From: Nemertoderma westbladi
Lineage: Eukaryota > Animalia > Xenacoelomorpha
Length of the DNA: 64,000 bases
Assembly (NCBI GenBank): GCA_032718475.1
Contig: JAUCBJ010006943.1
Location: 58,502-122,501, forward strand
Direction of reading: 5' to 3'
Shown here: positions 26,610 through 38,646 of the stretch, in pieces
How positions within the stretch are numbered: position 1 is the stretch's first letter
Layout of the letters: every line of letters starts with the position of its first letter
The notes under the pieces: model-generated
The model's database searches: none
Seen by the model: only the letters and a program-made list of their open reading frames with translations
What the model was told of the DNA's origin: nothing
Translations under genes and position numbers: made by a program

Positions 26610-29600
26610 ACGAAGCACTTCAGTCAATGAATGAAGACCAATCCACCAATTCAATATACCAGAATATAATAACAGCCCACAAGGAATCAGCTAAGAGGCA
26701 TATCCCCCAGAAACCCAAACGAAAACAGTATGTGCCATTGCAAAACTCTGAGGTTTCTTGTAAGAGAGAAGATCTTAAGGTAGCCTACAAAGTTAAAACC
26801 GAACACCCAACAACGAACAACTAACAACCGAAAACATTAACAAGGTTGAGAAAGCTAAGGACGATCATAAATTGGCCTACAACATCAGCCAGGAAAAGTA
26901 CATACATGATAAAACTGAAACAATTACAACTGCTCACATACAGCAACAATCAAGACTTAACTGGCAAACTGTAAATGTACCTCATTTACAGTTTGCCAGT
27001 TAAGTCTTGATTGTTGATTCGGAAAAGTTGTGCAAATAAGGGGCGCCTCAAAGCCGATAGTCCTGAAGAACGTGTTGGGAAGTGGAAAAATCACTTCAGC
27101 AACTTGCTTGGGCAGCCACCAAACATCGAGGTCAGCCCTACAAGGAAAATATATGACAAGACACTACCTATAGAAACAGGGGACTTCACACCTGCCGAAC
27201 TCCAAAGAAGCATTAAAAGCATGTTCAATAATAAAGCGAGTGAATTAGATGGAATCCCAGCGGAGGTATGGAACACCGGAGTGCTAAACAGACCATTATT
27301 GAATGTTTGCAACCGGATGTTAAAAGGGGAAAAGCCACCACCAATTTGGACTAAAGGTCAACTAAAAGCCTCTCCCCAAGAAAGGAGACCTCGGCATACC
27401 AACAAACTATCGTGGGATCTGTCTGCTTGTGGTAGCTGCCAAAATATACAATAAAATGATTCTATATAGGATTAGGCCTCACATAGAGAAACTACTGCGT
27501 AAGAGCCTAAACGGATTTCGACCAAGTACTGTAGATCAACAATAGCTCAGATACTTGCACTACGGAGACTGATTGAAGGAATTAAGTCAAAGAATCTCCC
27601 CGCAGTCAAGACTTTTGTGGACTTCAAGAAGGCATTCGACTCCATCCATAGAGGTAAAATGCTTGAAATCCTAAGAGCTTATGGAATACCAGAAGTAATT
27701 GTTGCTGGCATTGGATTGTTATATTGTGACACAGAAGCGCAGGTACTCTCACCAGATGGTGAAACTGAGTTTTTCTCAATCCTGGCTGGGGTACTGCAAG
27801 GTGACACATTAGCACCATTACTATTTGTAATGGTGCTGGATTACGCAATGAGGACGGCCACAAAGGGTGAAGTTCTGGGATTCACACTTCAAGAACGCAG
27901 AAGTAGTAGATATCCGGCAACTACAGTCACAGACACAGACTTTGCGGATGACATCGCCCTGCTCTCTAATACGCTAGCAGATGCACAGCTTCTACTAAAT
28001 AAAGTTGAGAGGGCTGCTAAGGAGGTTGGATTGCATATAAATGCTACAAAGACAGAATTCATGACCTTTAATGTTGATGGAAACTCGACAACCATTGATA
28101 ATAATCATGTAAAAGCTTTTGCGGACATAACTAGTCATTTTTACGCAATGCGCAGAATACTCTAAAATAGCCCTAAAATTGTTCAACTACTGTATGCGTC
28201 GGAAGGAAATTAGAACCAAGATGACGAAATCTGTCAGCTGATTCTTTGTGTACGTGGAACTCTTTGTCCTAGCTTGTTCGGCCACTCAGAGCAATCTTCT
28301 CTGTTATACCAACGGAGACCCACCTGAGAACTAGCGCAATGCATTATGGTTATTATTTTTCTGAGAATTAGACGACTCTCAGAATTCTGTGCTTCTGTAC
28401 GGAAGTTTCAGACTTTAGCCCACGGAACATCTGATGGCTTTAGTTATAAGAACGTAAATCTATTAACAACCCACACCCAATTCTACTCAATATGACGCAT
28501 TGCACCAAACTGAACTTCATGAACACATACTGACTGTTCACCGCACTGTTTTACTGCTGTTTTATATTGTATTAATTGTTGTTTATATTAATGGATGTTA
28601 TATTTGGAGAATACCGATAAATAATCATAAACCCCTCAATCTTATTGATTACTGAGGTAAGCGGAGAAAGAGTCTACCGGTAGCAACTGCGACTTAAATT
28701 ATAGTGGTTTTGTGTGAATTAAATGCTATTTCATAATCCCTACGTGTGTCAGTTGCAATCCTCCTTATATATGATCAAATTCAGTGACGGTCGGCAAATT
28801 AGTGTGAAATAGTGTAAAGTAGTGTGAAGTCGTGTGAAGTCGTGTGAAGGTTAATAAAGCATCTCCTAAAGAATGCGCTATTTACGAAACTCTGTGGCCA
28901 TCTAGTTGTGATTAGTATAAGTCATAACTCTGTTTTAGTACTTAAAGCGCCACGTCCTAAAGGAACTGTTAATATTTCCCCGAAAGTAAATATAGTTGTC
29001 AGAGATTATATAGTAGCGATCAATCGAATAATACAAAGTAGCTTACACCGCAATACTTCCTAAGGAACCTGAATCCAGTCTCCCACACCGTGGGTCATAC
29101 GCCGCGCACGGACTGGCTTCGGCAGATGTAACTTCAGTACACCAGGTAATTGGTAAGGGCTAAAGTCGATTCATAAACAAAAGGACAATTAAAATTGGCA
29201 GGTTAAACTGCTAAAGGTCTAAAAGCGCGAACAAATCAACTAAGGAAGGTCGATGACTTCCAGTACCTTGGATCATGGATAGAGAGTAGCAAAAAGGACA
29301 TAGAAGTTAGGAAAGCAAAGGCTTAGGTTGCTCTAGCAAAAATGGATACCATCAGGAAATCAGATCTCTCCAGGCACCTGAAGACTAAGTTCTTTCGAGC
29401 CACAGTGGAAAGTGTGTTTTTACACGGGGGTGAGACCTGGATACTGACTAAATCACTTGAACAACGAATTGATGGTTGCTGCACAAGACTACTAAGGGCA
29501 GCCCTAAACATCAGCTGGCGACAACACATGACAAACGCCGAGCTTTATGGTACAATACCACCTGTATCAACCACCCTCCGTGAACGCAGATTAAGATTCA

Positions 29601-29760
29601 GTGGGCACTGCTGGCGAAGTAAAGACGAGGTCATACCAGATCTACTTCTCTGGCAACCAACTCATGGAAAGCGTAGGCCCTAGTCGTGGACAACCGGCCA
29701 TAACATATATATAGATAAACTTGAAAGGGATACTGAACTTGGGAGAAATAAAATTGGGAC
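26610..29760 (+). mobile_element. Decayed RTE-like LINE (RT region to C-terminus) split by a solo LTR
   Basis: ORF fragments DGIPAEVW, DFKKAFDSIHR, GVLQGDTLAPLLF, DFADD and RLRFSGHCWRS; the frame resumes after the insertion (IDNN-QLRKVDDFQYLGSWI). Confidence 0.88.
28108..29233. mobile_element. Solo LTR (1126 bp) with 5-bp TSD
   Basis: Starts TGT and ends ACA; AATCA is duplicated at 28103-28107 and 29234-29238; removing it restores the LINE reading frame. Confidence 0.85.
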
Positions 29761-31148
29761 AACTATACGGTTGTAAATACTAAAATACTGAATTATTATA
29801 TGTAATATGTACATTATTATCTTTCTGAGTTTGTTATCCATCCATATGGTATTCTACTGTATTTGCCCGTTTTGGTGCGGGTATGGGCATGGGGGCTGCT
29901 GGGGCTGAAATAAATCGTTGCCCCCGGGCTCAAATAACCTCTTGGCTATTTTATACTGTAGTAGGCCTACACTTTGCTCCACCCTTGTTTCCAACGGGCA
30001 ATACTGTATAAACTGTAGAGTGGTGCCAATGAGTTCCAGATGGATTGTCTAAAAAAGTAGGATAATTATTGATATACCGTACCGTCTGTCTGTCCCAACT
30101 ATCCGTGGACTCTGACGTGTTGTCTCAAGAATCAGCACGGTCGTTGTGTTTAAGTGTTTAGGCGGAGACAGAATTGTTATTACAGTTCGCTATCCGGATT
30201 AAAACAATTTGTTCGATTGCCAACAAACTAATGGTATCCCGTATTTAGTGGATATTATTTATATTGTACTTACAGTATATACCAGTGTTATTGGTAGGCC
30301 TATTTCGGTATTTTATTCAAATTGAAATTTAACAGTTCCTTCTATTTTCTATTATTGCTGATACATAAATGTATAGGTATTATTGTGGCGGACTATTTTA
30401 GCTTTCTGTACTTCTTGTGGCGGCCTCGTATATGTTTGCAAATTTTCAGCTCAGGAGGATAAATATCAAATATAAAAGGGGGAGGGGGGCATATTATACA
30501 GTCCGACACAAATAATAACCATATAAATAAATAAATAAGGCTTCGGTTTAGCCCTCCACTTCTTCTCCTCCCAACACCCCCCCCCCCCCCCCCCCCCCCT
30601 CACCCACCTCACAAAACGAATTATCCTTCTCACCACATGGTGTCGCACAACATTAAAGTGGCAAAGAATAACATGTGGATTTTATACTGCTTCCTGCTGT
30701 GTAAGAGCTGTATTCCTGATCCTGAGTTAATGCCAAGATTAAACACCAGTTTAATACATTGGTATTCTCCTTCATGACTGCCTTCTTATATTACCTAATT
30801 CACCGTTTAGGCCTGCTGGACAATATAGCAATAGTTATTGCCAAAATTCCGATATTAAAGTTTTAGGAATTGTCACAGAATTCTAGTTAACGGAATCTTC
30901 TACAGGAATATTTTAGTTGGCGTTAATCAATATCAGTACCGCACTGTATATTACATACACCCTACTGCTCTATCCTGTATAACTATGTTCATATTTTAAT
31001 TAAATATAATTGCAATATTAATTAATACGTTCTGATACTTTATTGATAAGTTTGCTGATCGTGATATTGTCAAACCTCACAACTACTACTTATTTTTATA
31101 CGTCACAGAAGTTCCCCATAGTGAATCGATATTCTCCGAGAATCCATC

Positions 31149-32735
31149 ATGGATTTTTTAAACAGTCTGGCGGAGCTGATTGGGGACGACCCTAACTCGT
31201 ATAGAGGAGCCCCGAGAGGCCAACGGGATCCCGATAACGCATCCTACGAAGAGAAAGTAAAGAAATCAGTGAGGGCGGATGTACGTATGTTCAGTGGCTG
31301 CATGGACACTCAAACTAGCGCGGATGTTGGAAACGTGGCGACGTTTGGTTTGCCACCCGATGCTGGGCCTGGTGGCGCCGGTGGCGCTTGTACCAACGCA
31401 ATGATTCTTTCTCTGTATCAAAATGGTGGAAACTGCACGTGGCTCGAACTACTTAGAGCTATGCAAATTACTCTTAAACAAAAAGGATTTAGTCAAGTTC
31501 CACAAATTTCAGCGAGTAGAAAGATATCTTTGAATGGGCAATTTAACCTCGTTCACCCCAGAACCAATGGGCGTACGAAGGCGCTATTAATTGGTATTAA
31601 TTACGTCGGCCAACAAGGTCAGCTTCGTGGTTGTCATAATGACGTAAAACAGATGTGTGGGTTTATAGGGAATTACGGGTTTGGAGATATGAAAATCCTA
31701 ATGGATGACGGGGGTCACGAGCAACCCACTTACCGAAGTATAATCAACGGGTTTAGATGGCTGGTGTCTGGGGCTGCTCCCGGGGATTCCCTATTCTTCC
31801 ATTACAGTGGACATGGCGGGTCGGTTCCAGATGATGATGGAGGTAGGCCTATTACTAATTATTTATTTATGTTATTTTTCTTTATTTTATACAGTAGTAG
31901 TTTAATTAGTTTCTACTTATCGCGTGTAATCTTTGCAGACGTAAATAAACAAAACAGCATGCGGAAAATAGGAATGTAGAAAGTGTCAATTTATTGATAT
32001 CTAAGAAGTCCATCGATATAAAAGCAGTCCATAAGATTGATACTGTATTATTGGCAAATGATACTTGATTATTGATAATTGACTATTTTCGCAAGCGAGT
32101 GGGTATGCATTGTATTGCACAAAGTGCGATACGTCCATTAGTTTCTTGTTAATATCATTTTTTTCTATTTTATAGACGAAGCGGACGGCATGGATGAGAC
32201 GATGATACCGTTGGATTACATGTCATCGGGACAAATTCGGGACGACGAGATCTTCCGAGAGTTAGTGGCCCCGTTACCGGAAGGGGTTCAGTTGACCTGC
32301 GTCATGGATTGCTGCCATAGCGGCACTATTCTCGATCTCCCGTACAGCTTCGTCGCGTCCGAGTCCGAAATGCACGCGGTGGCAGGTGGCGCCACGCCGC
32401 AGATGACCCCCAATCCGGGGTTTAGTTTCGCCAAGGTTCTCAAGGTCGGCATGCAGATGTTCCAGATGTACCAAGGTGGGGCGTCGACCGCGAGCATTGG
32501 CATGGCGGCGGCGCAGGCATTCGGACCCGACGCCCTCGCCGCCTTCACCGGTGGTGGGAGTGGAGGTCACGGAGCCTACGGAGGTGACCATGGTGGTGGA
32601 TCCCATGGTGGTGGATCCCATGGTGGTGGATCGCATGGTGGTGGATCCCATGGAAGCAGTTCACATGGGGGAGGAGGCCATGGTGGGCTGGCACATGGTT
32701 TGTTAAAGTTGGGAAAAAAACTTGCAAAATTTTGA
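31149..32735 (+). CDS. Type III metacaspase, copy 2, with a Gly/His-rich tail; exons 31149-31842 and 32176-32735, 417 aa
   Basis: Same motif order and intact His/Cys dyad. Exon 1 is 694 nt as in copy 1; a phase-1 GT-AG intron (31843-32175) gives DDDG-D-EADGMDET. Confidence 0.93.
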
Positions 32736-35646
32736 AATAGTAGGCCTACAGAGAGTATAGTACAGTACTTGGACATCAAACTGAATTTGTTAAAAAAACA
32801 TTTTGGATAACATTTTGTATTTCTGTTTCATAATCGTCGTGTTAAATAATACATATTACATTGTTATATGCTACTGTATAAAGTTTTTATATGGCTTCAT
32901 ATAGGCTCGGTTGCGTGATACAGTACAGTACAGTACTGTAAACTGTTTAATGTGGACTAACTTAAGCAGGATCTCTGGCTATCCAATATACCCTTGAGAA
33001 TGAGATGGGTGGGCCTGAGACACAACCCACAACAGATTTCTGTTATTCACGTTTAAAACTCATCTTGGTGTGAATGCGTCTAGAATATGTGGGTCTACAG
33101 TGCTATGCTTGAGGCAGCTAATCTACAGTAATAATTGGTAAAACGTGAAACCTAGTTTATTTTTGAACAAAATTAAAAAGTTCGTACGATAAATGTCTTT
33201 ATCACATGTTCTCACTTATTTTTAGCGGTTGATATATTGTATATCACACCGTGTGAAATACAGTTAGCTACAGTATATTCAAAAATTATTTGAAACTTGT
33301 ATTACTAATTAATTGAGTTTTTTTAATTACAAAAAATGATATACTAGCTAGATTTTGCTATTTTTAATATTTTGTGTAGGCCCTACACAATGTTCGATAT
33401 TAAAAAAACATTTACATCTACATTTTTTTTTTTTTGACTTTTACTCTATTAGTCTGAACGCGGCCTTAGGTGGTGTATAATAATTAATCGTTCCCCTGTG
33501 TTTAAAATATAATCAAGATATTTTTCCAAAATATGTTCTGGAATAAAAAATATTTGTAACTGAGGGTTAATTTTTTCAAAAATAAATAGCTAGCATATTC
33601 TAGAACGATTTCTACACAAAAAGCAACAAGTACTAGCTATAATAAAAAAAATTGGAGAGGAAAATACTAAATTGTGGAGCGGGTTGGCTGTACCTTATTA
33701 TGCAGGATGGCCCTCTTCGTGTTCAATAAGTTCAAACACATGTGATAAACAGAATATCACCTGTTCTAGGAGTGATATACGATATATCAACCTGAAGCAA
33801 ATAAACTTGTATATATAACTCACCGAGGCCGAAGGCCGAGGTTGTTATACAAAGTTTATTTGCTGAAGGTGAAAGATTATTTATATTTTATAAAGATTAT
33901 TTGCTGAAGGAAGGTATTTACTCTCTGTATATACAGTATCTGTTGTTTGTATCAATCATTATTTATCAAAATTCATCCCTCTCTTGAGGAAAATCAAAGC
34001 AATTAACCAGCTATGATTACTCCCACAAATTAAACTGTAACCTACACCATAACCCTTAATACAACAACCGTTTTTGGCGGGTCGGAGCGCCCCCCCCCCC
34101 CCCCCACCCCCCCCCCCCCCTAATTTTTTTTCAAATTTCAATAATATGCTACGAAATTCGGTATGATGATAAATCGACACCTTTTCTTATTGGTGGCCTG
34201 GCGGGATTTTTCAATTTCTCAGTTATTTTCATACAACAAGTCCATAAAAAATGTCTATTTAGCAATGTTTAACCACCTTCGTAGACTTTATTTTACGTCT
34301 TTGGAATGTAATCGGGATACCATTAGAACCGCCTTCGTCTGTAGAATCCGAATATAAAAACCGTTTTAAATTTAACCAAAAATTGGTAAAGATATTATCA
34401 AAATACTAATGTGTAAATTTAGAGACGTAAATCGCTATAATTCTGATTTTTTTGTTGTCTTTATTTTAGAATATTTGTGACGGGATCAGGGGATCCCGAC
34501 CGGTGAATTAAGTTACGCGTCACCGCGTTGTTGGAAAGAAGATAGTTTGTTGTTGTTATTGTCTTGATATTGTTATAGATTAACGGTAATGAGATGATAG
34601 CACGGTAATATAGATAATGCAGTTGCAGTACAGCAGTAATGAGATAATCTGACAGTAACGGTGACGGTACAAAATGTCACTGGTCCCCACTGTGTGACTG
34701 AGATGACTGAAAGGGGCACAAGCACTAACCGGTAATATATATTGATACCTACTTTACTTGTGGCCTTATTTACTTAGCGGATGCATTTCCTGGCTCTGAT
34801 TGGCCAATAACCTCATTCTCGGCTCTCACCTCTGTGGGAGTGTCTTCCCCCCTCGCTGCTGTCACTTTCCTCTCCCGGAGGTTTAACCTCTGACCTCCCT
34901 TTGTGTGGCCCTTCGGGGTTTGTTGTCCCCGTTTATTGGGTGTGTGATACGAGGTTAATTGGGTAGATTAACCTCGTATCCCCAATATTGCTTAAAGGCG
35001 CCACTTCCCAACTTTATGGGGGTTGGTGAGGCGGAATTGAATCCGCTCACACTCCCCCCCATGCTATCTTCCCGGTGAGAAGATAGCATCAACCTCTCAG
35101 TGCGCTTCAATTCCGCTGGAAACCCGATCTACTATCGGGTGTGGGGTGGAGTTCTCTTACCTTGGAGTCGGCTTCCCAGGCCGCTCCCTCTGGGTATGAT
35201 GTTGCTACCCTCTCTTGGTGCAACCGCAACCTATGTTGCACCAAGACATCTGGCGTCTCGGTTTCGAGACAATTGTGGATTCTCACACAATTTTAAAAGC
35301 TCTCTCTCTCAACTCTGACTTCTCACTCTAACTCTCACTCTAACTCCACTCTAACTCCGCTCTGTTCTCTCCCCACACCTGAATCGCACTCGTCCGCACT
35401 CTCTCTCGCCAGCAGCTCCTCTCCATACTCCTCTCATACTGCCCTCAAAGGCGCTAAGTTCTTATGCTACCCCTGTGCTATCATTCTATCTACCTACTAC
35501 TTACTTACTAACTACTTACTATCTAACTCTAATTCTACTAACTCTCTACACTCTACTAACTCTACTAACTCCTCTAAGTCTACTTAACTCTCTTAAGTCT
35601 ACTAACTCTCTAGAACTCTCTGACTCTACCCACTCTTCTAACTATC

Positions 35647-35890
35647 TGTGGCGCTTTCGGTGCCCACAACCACTCGTTACTACCTCCATCTACGTGGCGC
35701 TTTCGGTGCCCACAACCACTCTACTACTACTTTCTACGTGGCGCTTACGGTGCCCACAACCCCTCTGCTACTCGTGGCATGTCAATATACCACACCCCCT
35801 TACCCGCCGACTTCTAACTCTCCCGGTACTACGTACCCTCCTACTCCCGTGGTATGTCTATATACCACACTCCCTATACCCGCCGACTTC
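35647..35890. repeat. Internal tandem repeats of the LTR element
   Basis: GTGGCGCTT(T/A)CGGTGCCCACAACC occurs three times and TATACCACAC..TACCCGCCGACTTCTAACT twice. Confidence 0.8.
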
Positions 35891-36435
35891 TAACTGAACT
35901 AACTTCTACCTTACTTACTATCTTCTACTACTACTTACTATCTTCTACTACTTTCTGACTTTCTATTTCTATTACTATCTTCTAACTTCCAACTTTCTTA
36001 CTATCTTTTCTACTTATTTGATTATTTAATTATTTTTATTATTTTTAATTATTTATGTGTGGGAAGGGCGTCTCGCCCTCATTCCCACCCCCCTCAGTCC
36101 AAAATATTGGACGACTAAACTCTAAGGTGCCCCTTCTTCCAGTAGGCACTCTCCCACTGCCCCCCTATACGTCCTCTTATTCTTCGCCACCCTCTCTTCG
36201 CCAATTCCAATCCTCTAGGAATTGCTTCTCCCTCTTCTGCCACCCTAAAGTCGGGTCTCTCCGCCGCCTTCTTAACTTCCTCATCTCCTGGCAGCAAAAT
36301 GCCACCTTCATCTGTTGTCTCCCAGCGGCAGAATGAAAGAAACGTGAAAGAACAGACAAAACAGAACGAACAATAGTAATCCTATCCCTTTCCATCCTGT
36401 CTTCTTACTCGACCTCCCCCTTGTCGGTATGCCTC

Positions 36436-37323
36436 TCAACCGGACCGGCGTCTCTTCCGGACACTCCTCTGGACACTCCTCCGGACACTCCTCCGACACT
36501 CCTCCGGACACTCCTCCGGACACTCCTCCGGGTTGTCCTCCGGACATCTCGCCGTCCGCTCCTCTCCATCCCCATACCGATACTTGCTGGGACCCTTGTT
36601 CCATCCCATTGCCTCTAAGTCTTCCGCGTCAAATCCATTCTCCTCCGCCCACTCTCCTACTGTTACTTCCCCGTCTGGCTCATCTACCATCTCCGGTTTC
36701 TTCTCTTCGTCCTCTGCGTCTACGGTGCCTGGTAACATGCACCCTGATGTCTCCGTCACCCTGGATGGAATCTTGGTTTTAACTGGGCCGCTAAGCGTCC
36801 ATCCGAACGGCGTGAGGATCGCCGTCGGATCCCGCTGTCTGTCTTCGCCGAAGACCGTCTGCATTCTCTCGTGGGCCGTCGGGCAGTCCATTCCTACTAT
36901 AATGGATACCTTCCTAACGTCCACCTCTGGTATTGAGAAATCGATACTGTCCAGGAATCTATATTGTTCGACCTCAATGTTGGTTGGTCGCCTGGCGTTG
37001 ATATTTATCGATTCTATCACCTGGATGGGGTCGATGGTCGCCCCATAATCGCATCCCGGTGCTATCGCTGCTATCTTGCACCGCCCCGTCCTCATCTCCA
37101 GGACCTCATCCTTACTTGAGACGGTAGTTACCGCCATCCTATTCGGCCTCGTCTTTAGCCCTATCTCTTCGGCCACCCAATTCTCCACCAGCGTGAAGGC
37201 TGCTCCGCTGTCGACCAGCATTAGTGTTGTGACTGATCGGCCGCCTCGTCCTGTTATCTTCACTGGTACTACCCCGAGTAGTACTTTCCTCTTTCTTCTT
37301 ACTCCTGTCGTGCTTGTAGCCAT
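36436..37323 (-). CDS. BEL/Pao aspartic protease region (truncated pol)
   Basis: VVPVKI..LVDSGAAFTLV catalytic motif, IIVGMD and TPFGWTLSGP. Confidence 0.8.
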   Translation of the reverse strand: MATSTTGVRRKRKVLLGVVPVKITGRGGRSVTTLMLVDSGAAFTLVENWVAEEIGLKTRPNRMAVTTVSSKDEVLEMRTGRCKIAAIAPGCDYGATIDPIQVIESININARRPTNIEVEQYRFLDSIDFSIPEVDVRKVSIIVGMDCPTAHERMQTVFGEDRQRDPTAILTPFGWTLSGPVKTKIPSRVTETSGCMLPGTVDAEDEEKKPEMVDEPDGEVTVGEWAEENGFDAEDLEAMGWNKGPSKYRYGDGEERTARCPEDNPEECPEECPEECRRSVRRSVQRSVRKRRRSG

Positions 37324-37329
37324 TGTTTG

Positions 37330-38646
37330 GCCTCCAGTCTCATCGTCTCTATTGCTGTTTCTCTACACTCTCCGGATCTGTGTCCTTCTACCACACATCG
37401 ATGACATAGTCCGTTTGCGTCTGTGTAGGCTATACGATCTTGTTTGGGCAACGCTTGCCAGTGCTTACAACTCATGGTCTTATGGGTTCCGTCCCGATGT
37501 AATTGACATTCGAATCCTGGATTATAGCGTTCCCTGTATAGTCCTTCACGTATCGCGCGTAGGTTTATATCTACCTGATTTAGTGTTTTGGTTATCTAGA
37601 CTCGGCCTACTGGGTATGTTGGGATTATGTTTATTTGTGGTGTTATTTTCTTTCTGTCCCTGCCACGGTGTGGCCCTACTCCCAGCTAACTGTGGGCTTG
37701 TAGCCCCCTGTGTGGCCGCGTGTGGTAGCGACTGTCTTACTCTCGGGAATGGATCTGCAGGATTGTGTTCGGGTTTAGGCCTGTTGTATTCGGTCTTTGG
37801 CGCCTTCCCCAAACTATCCTCACTATAGACTGGGTCTGTAATCAACTCTGCTTCGTAGTTGAGGAAGTTTGACATTTCCTCTAGCCCTGGCTCCGCACCT
37901 TTCTTCTCCCGAGTGGAGAAGGCGATCTTCCTCCACTTGCTCCGCAGCCAGATCGGCAGTGCCTGCGCTATCGTGGTGATGTTATTAGATGCGTTGAGTT
38001 CGTATGGCGCGTCTAGCGTCTTCAGCACGATTAACGCCTTCTCGACTTTGTTCGCAAACGTCTTTATGCTAACGGGGTTATCCTGTAGGCCACCCGATGT
38101 TATACCCCTCAGGGTTTGCCGGATGATCTTGGCTGGGTGTCCGTATTCCCTGTCTAGGGCCCGCCATGCAGTCGTGAAGCCGCCCTCGATGCCCTGATAC
38201 TGCCTCACGATGTCGTACGCTGGGCCTCCTGTATATACCTGTAGATATTTTAGGCACTCCGCCTGCGTCAAGTTCTTACTTAATATCTCGTTGCTGTACA
38301 TGCGCCGAAATTGCAGGTATTCTTCCGGCCTACTTCCGTCGAATTTAAATGGCTCGACTGGTGGTAACTCGATCCTGGTCTTTAGTGCATCGATTAGTGT
38401 CGCCATTCCCATTGCCTGTGCTTCCAATGGGTTCGAAGGATGCTGTACAGATTCTCCTGTTGGGTGCGGTCCGCCCGTCGGGCCTGTTGACTCTCTCTGT
38501 CTCGGATATATCATTGGGGGTAACGGCCCCCTCCATATTTCCGTGTCGCACAACCTGTTCTCGTCCAGGGGGTTCGATGTTCTTATTCCTGTTTGAGTGT
38601 ATTGTTGATATTGTAATGGGAGAATGTCACCCTGCTGTGACCCCAC
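37330..38646 (-). pseudogene. BEL/Pao gag: ORF 37546-38646 plus frameshifted zinc knuckles
   Basis: FKFDGS..YLQF..LKYL..GPAYDIV..AWRALDREYG is Pao gag-like; another frame at ~37360-37510 reads CQLHRDGTHKTMSC and LCHRCVVEGHRSGEC. Confidence 0.8.

Noticed and set aside
31843-31979. Hydrophobic C-terminus of the 276-aa ORF suggesting a membrane-anchored metacaspase
   Set aside because: This is read-through into the AT-rich intron; splicing at the conserved donor restores the catalytic Cys exon.
23230-32735. Higher GC of the metacaspase exons as evidence of horizontal transfer
   Set aside because: The native FMC1 ORF is similarly GC-rich, so composition is not diagnostic here.
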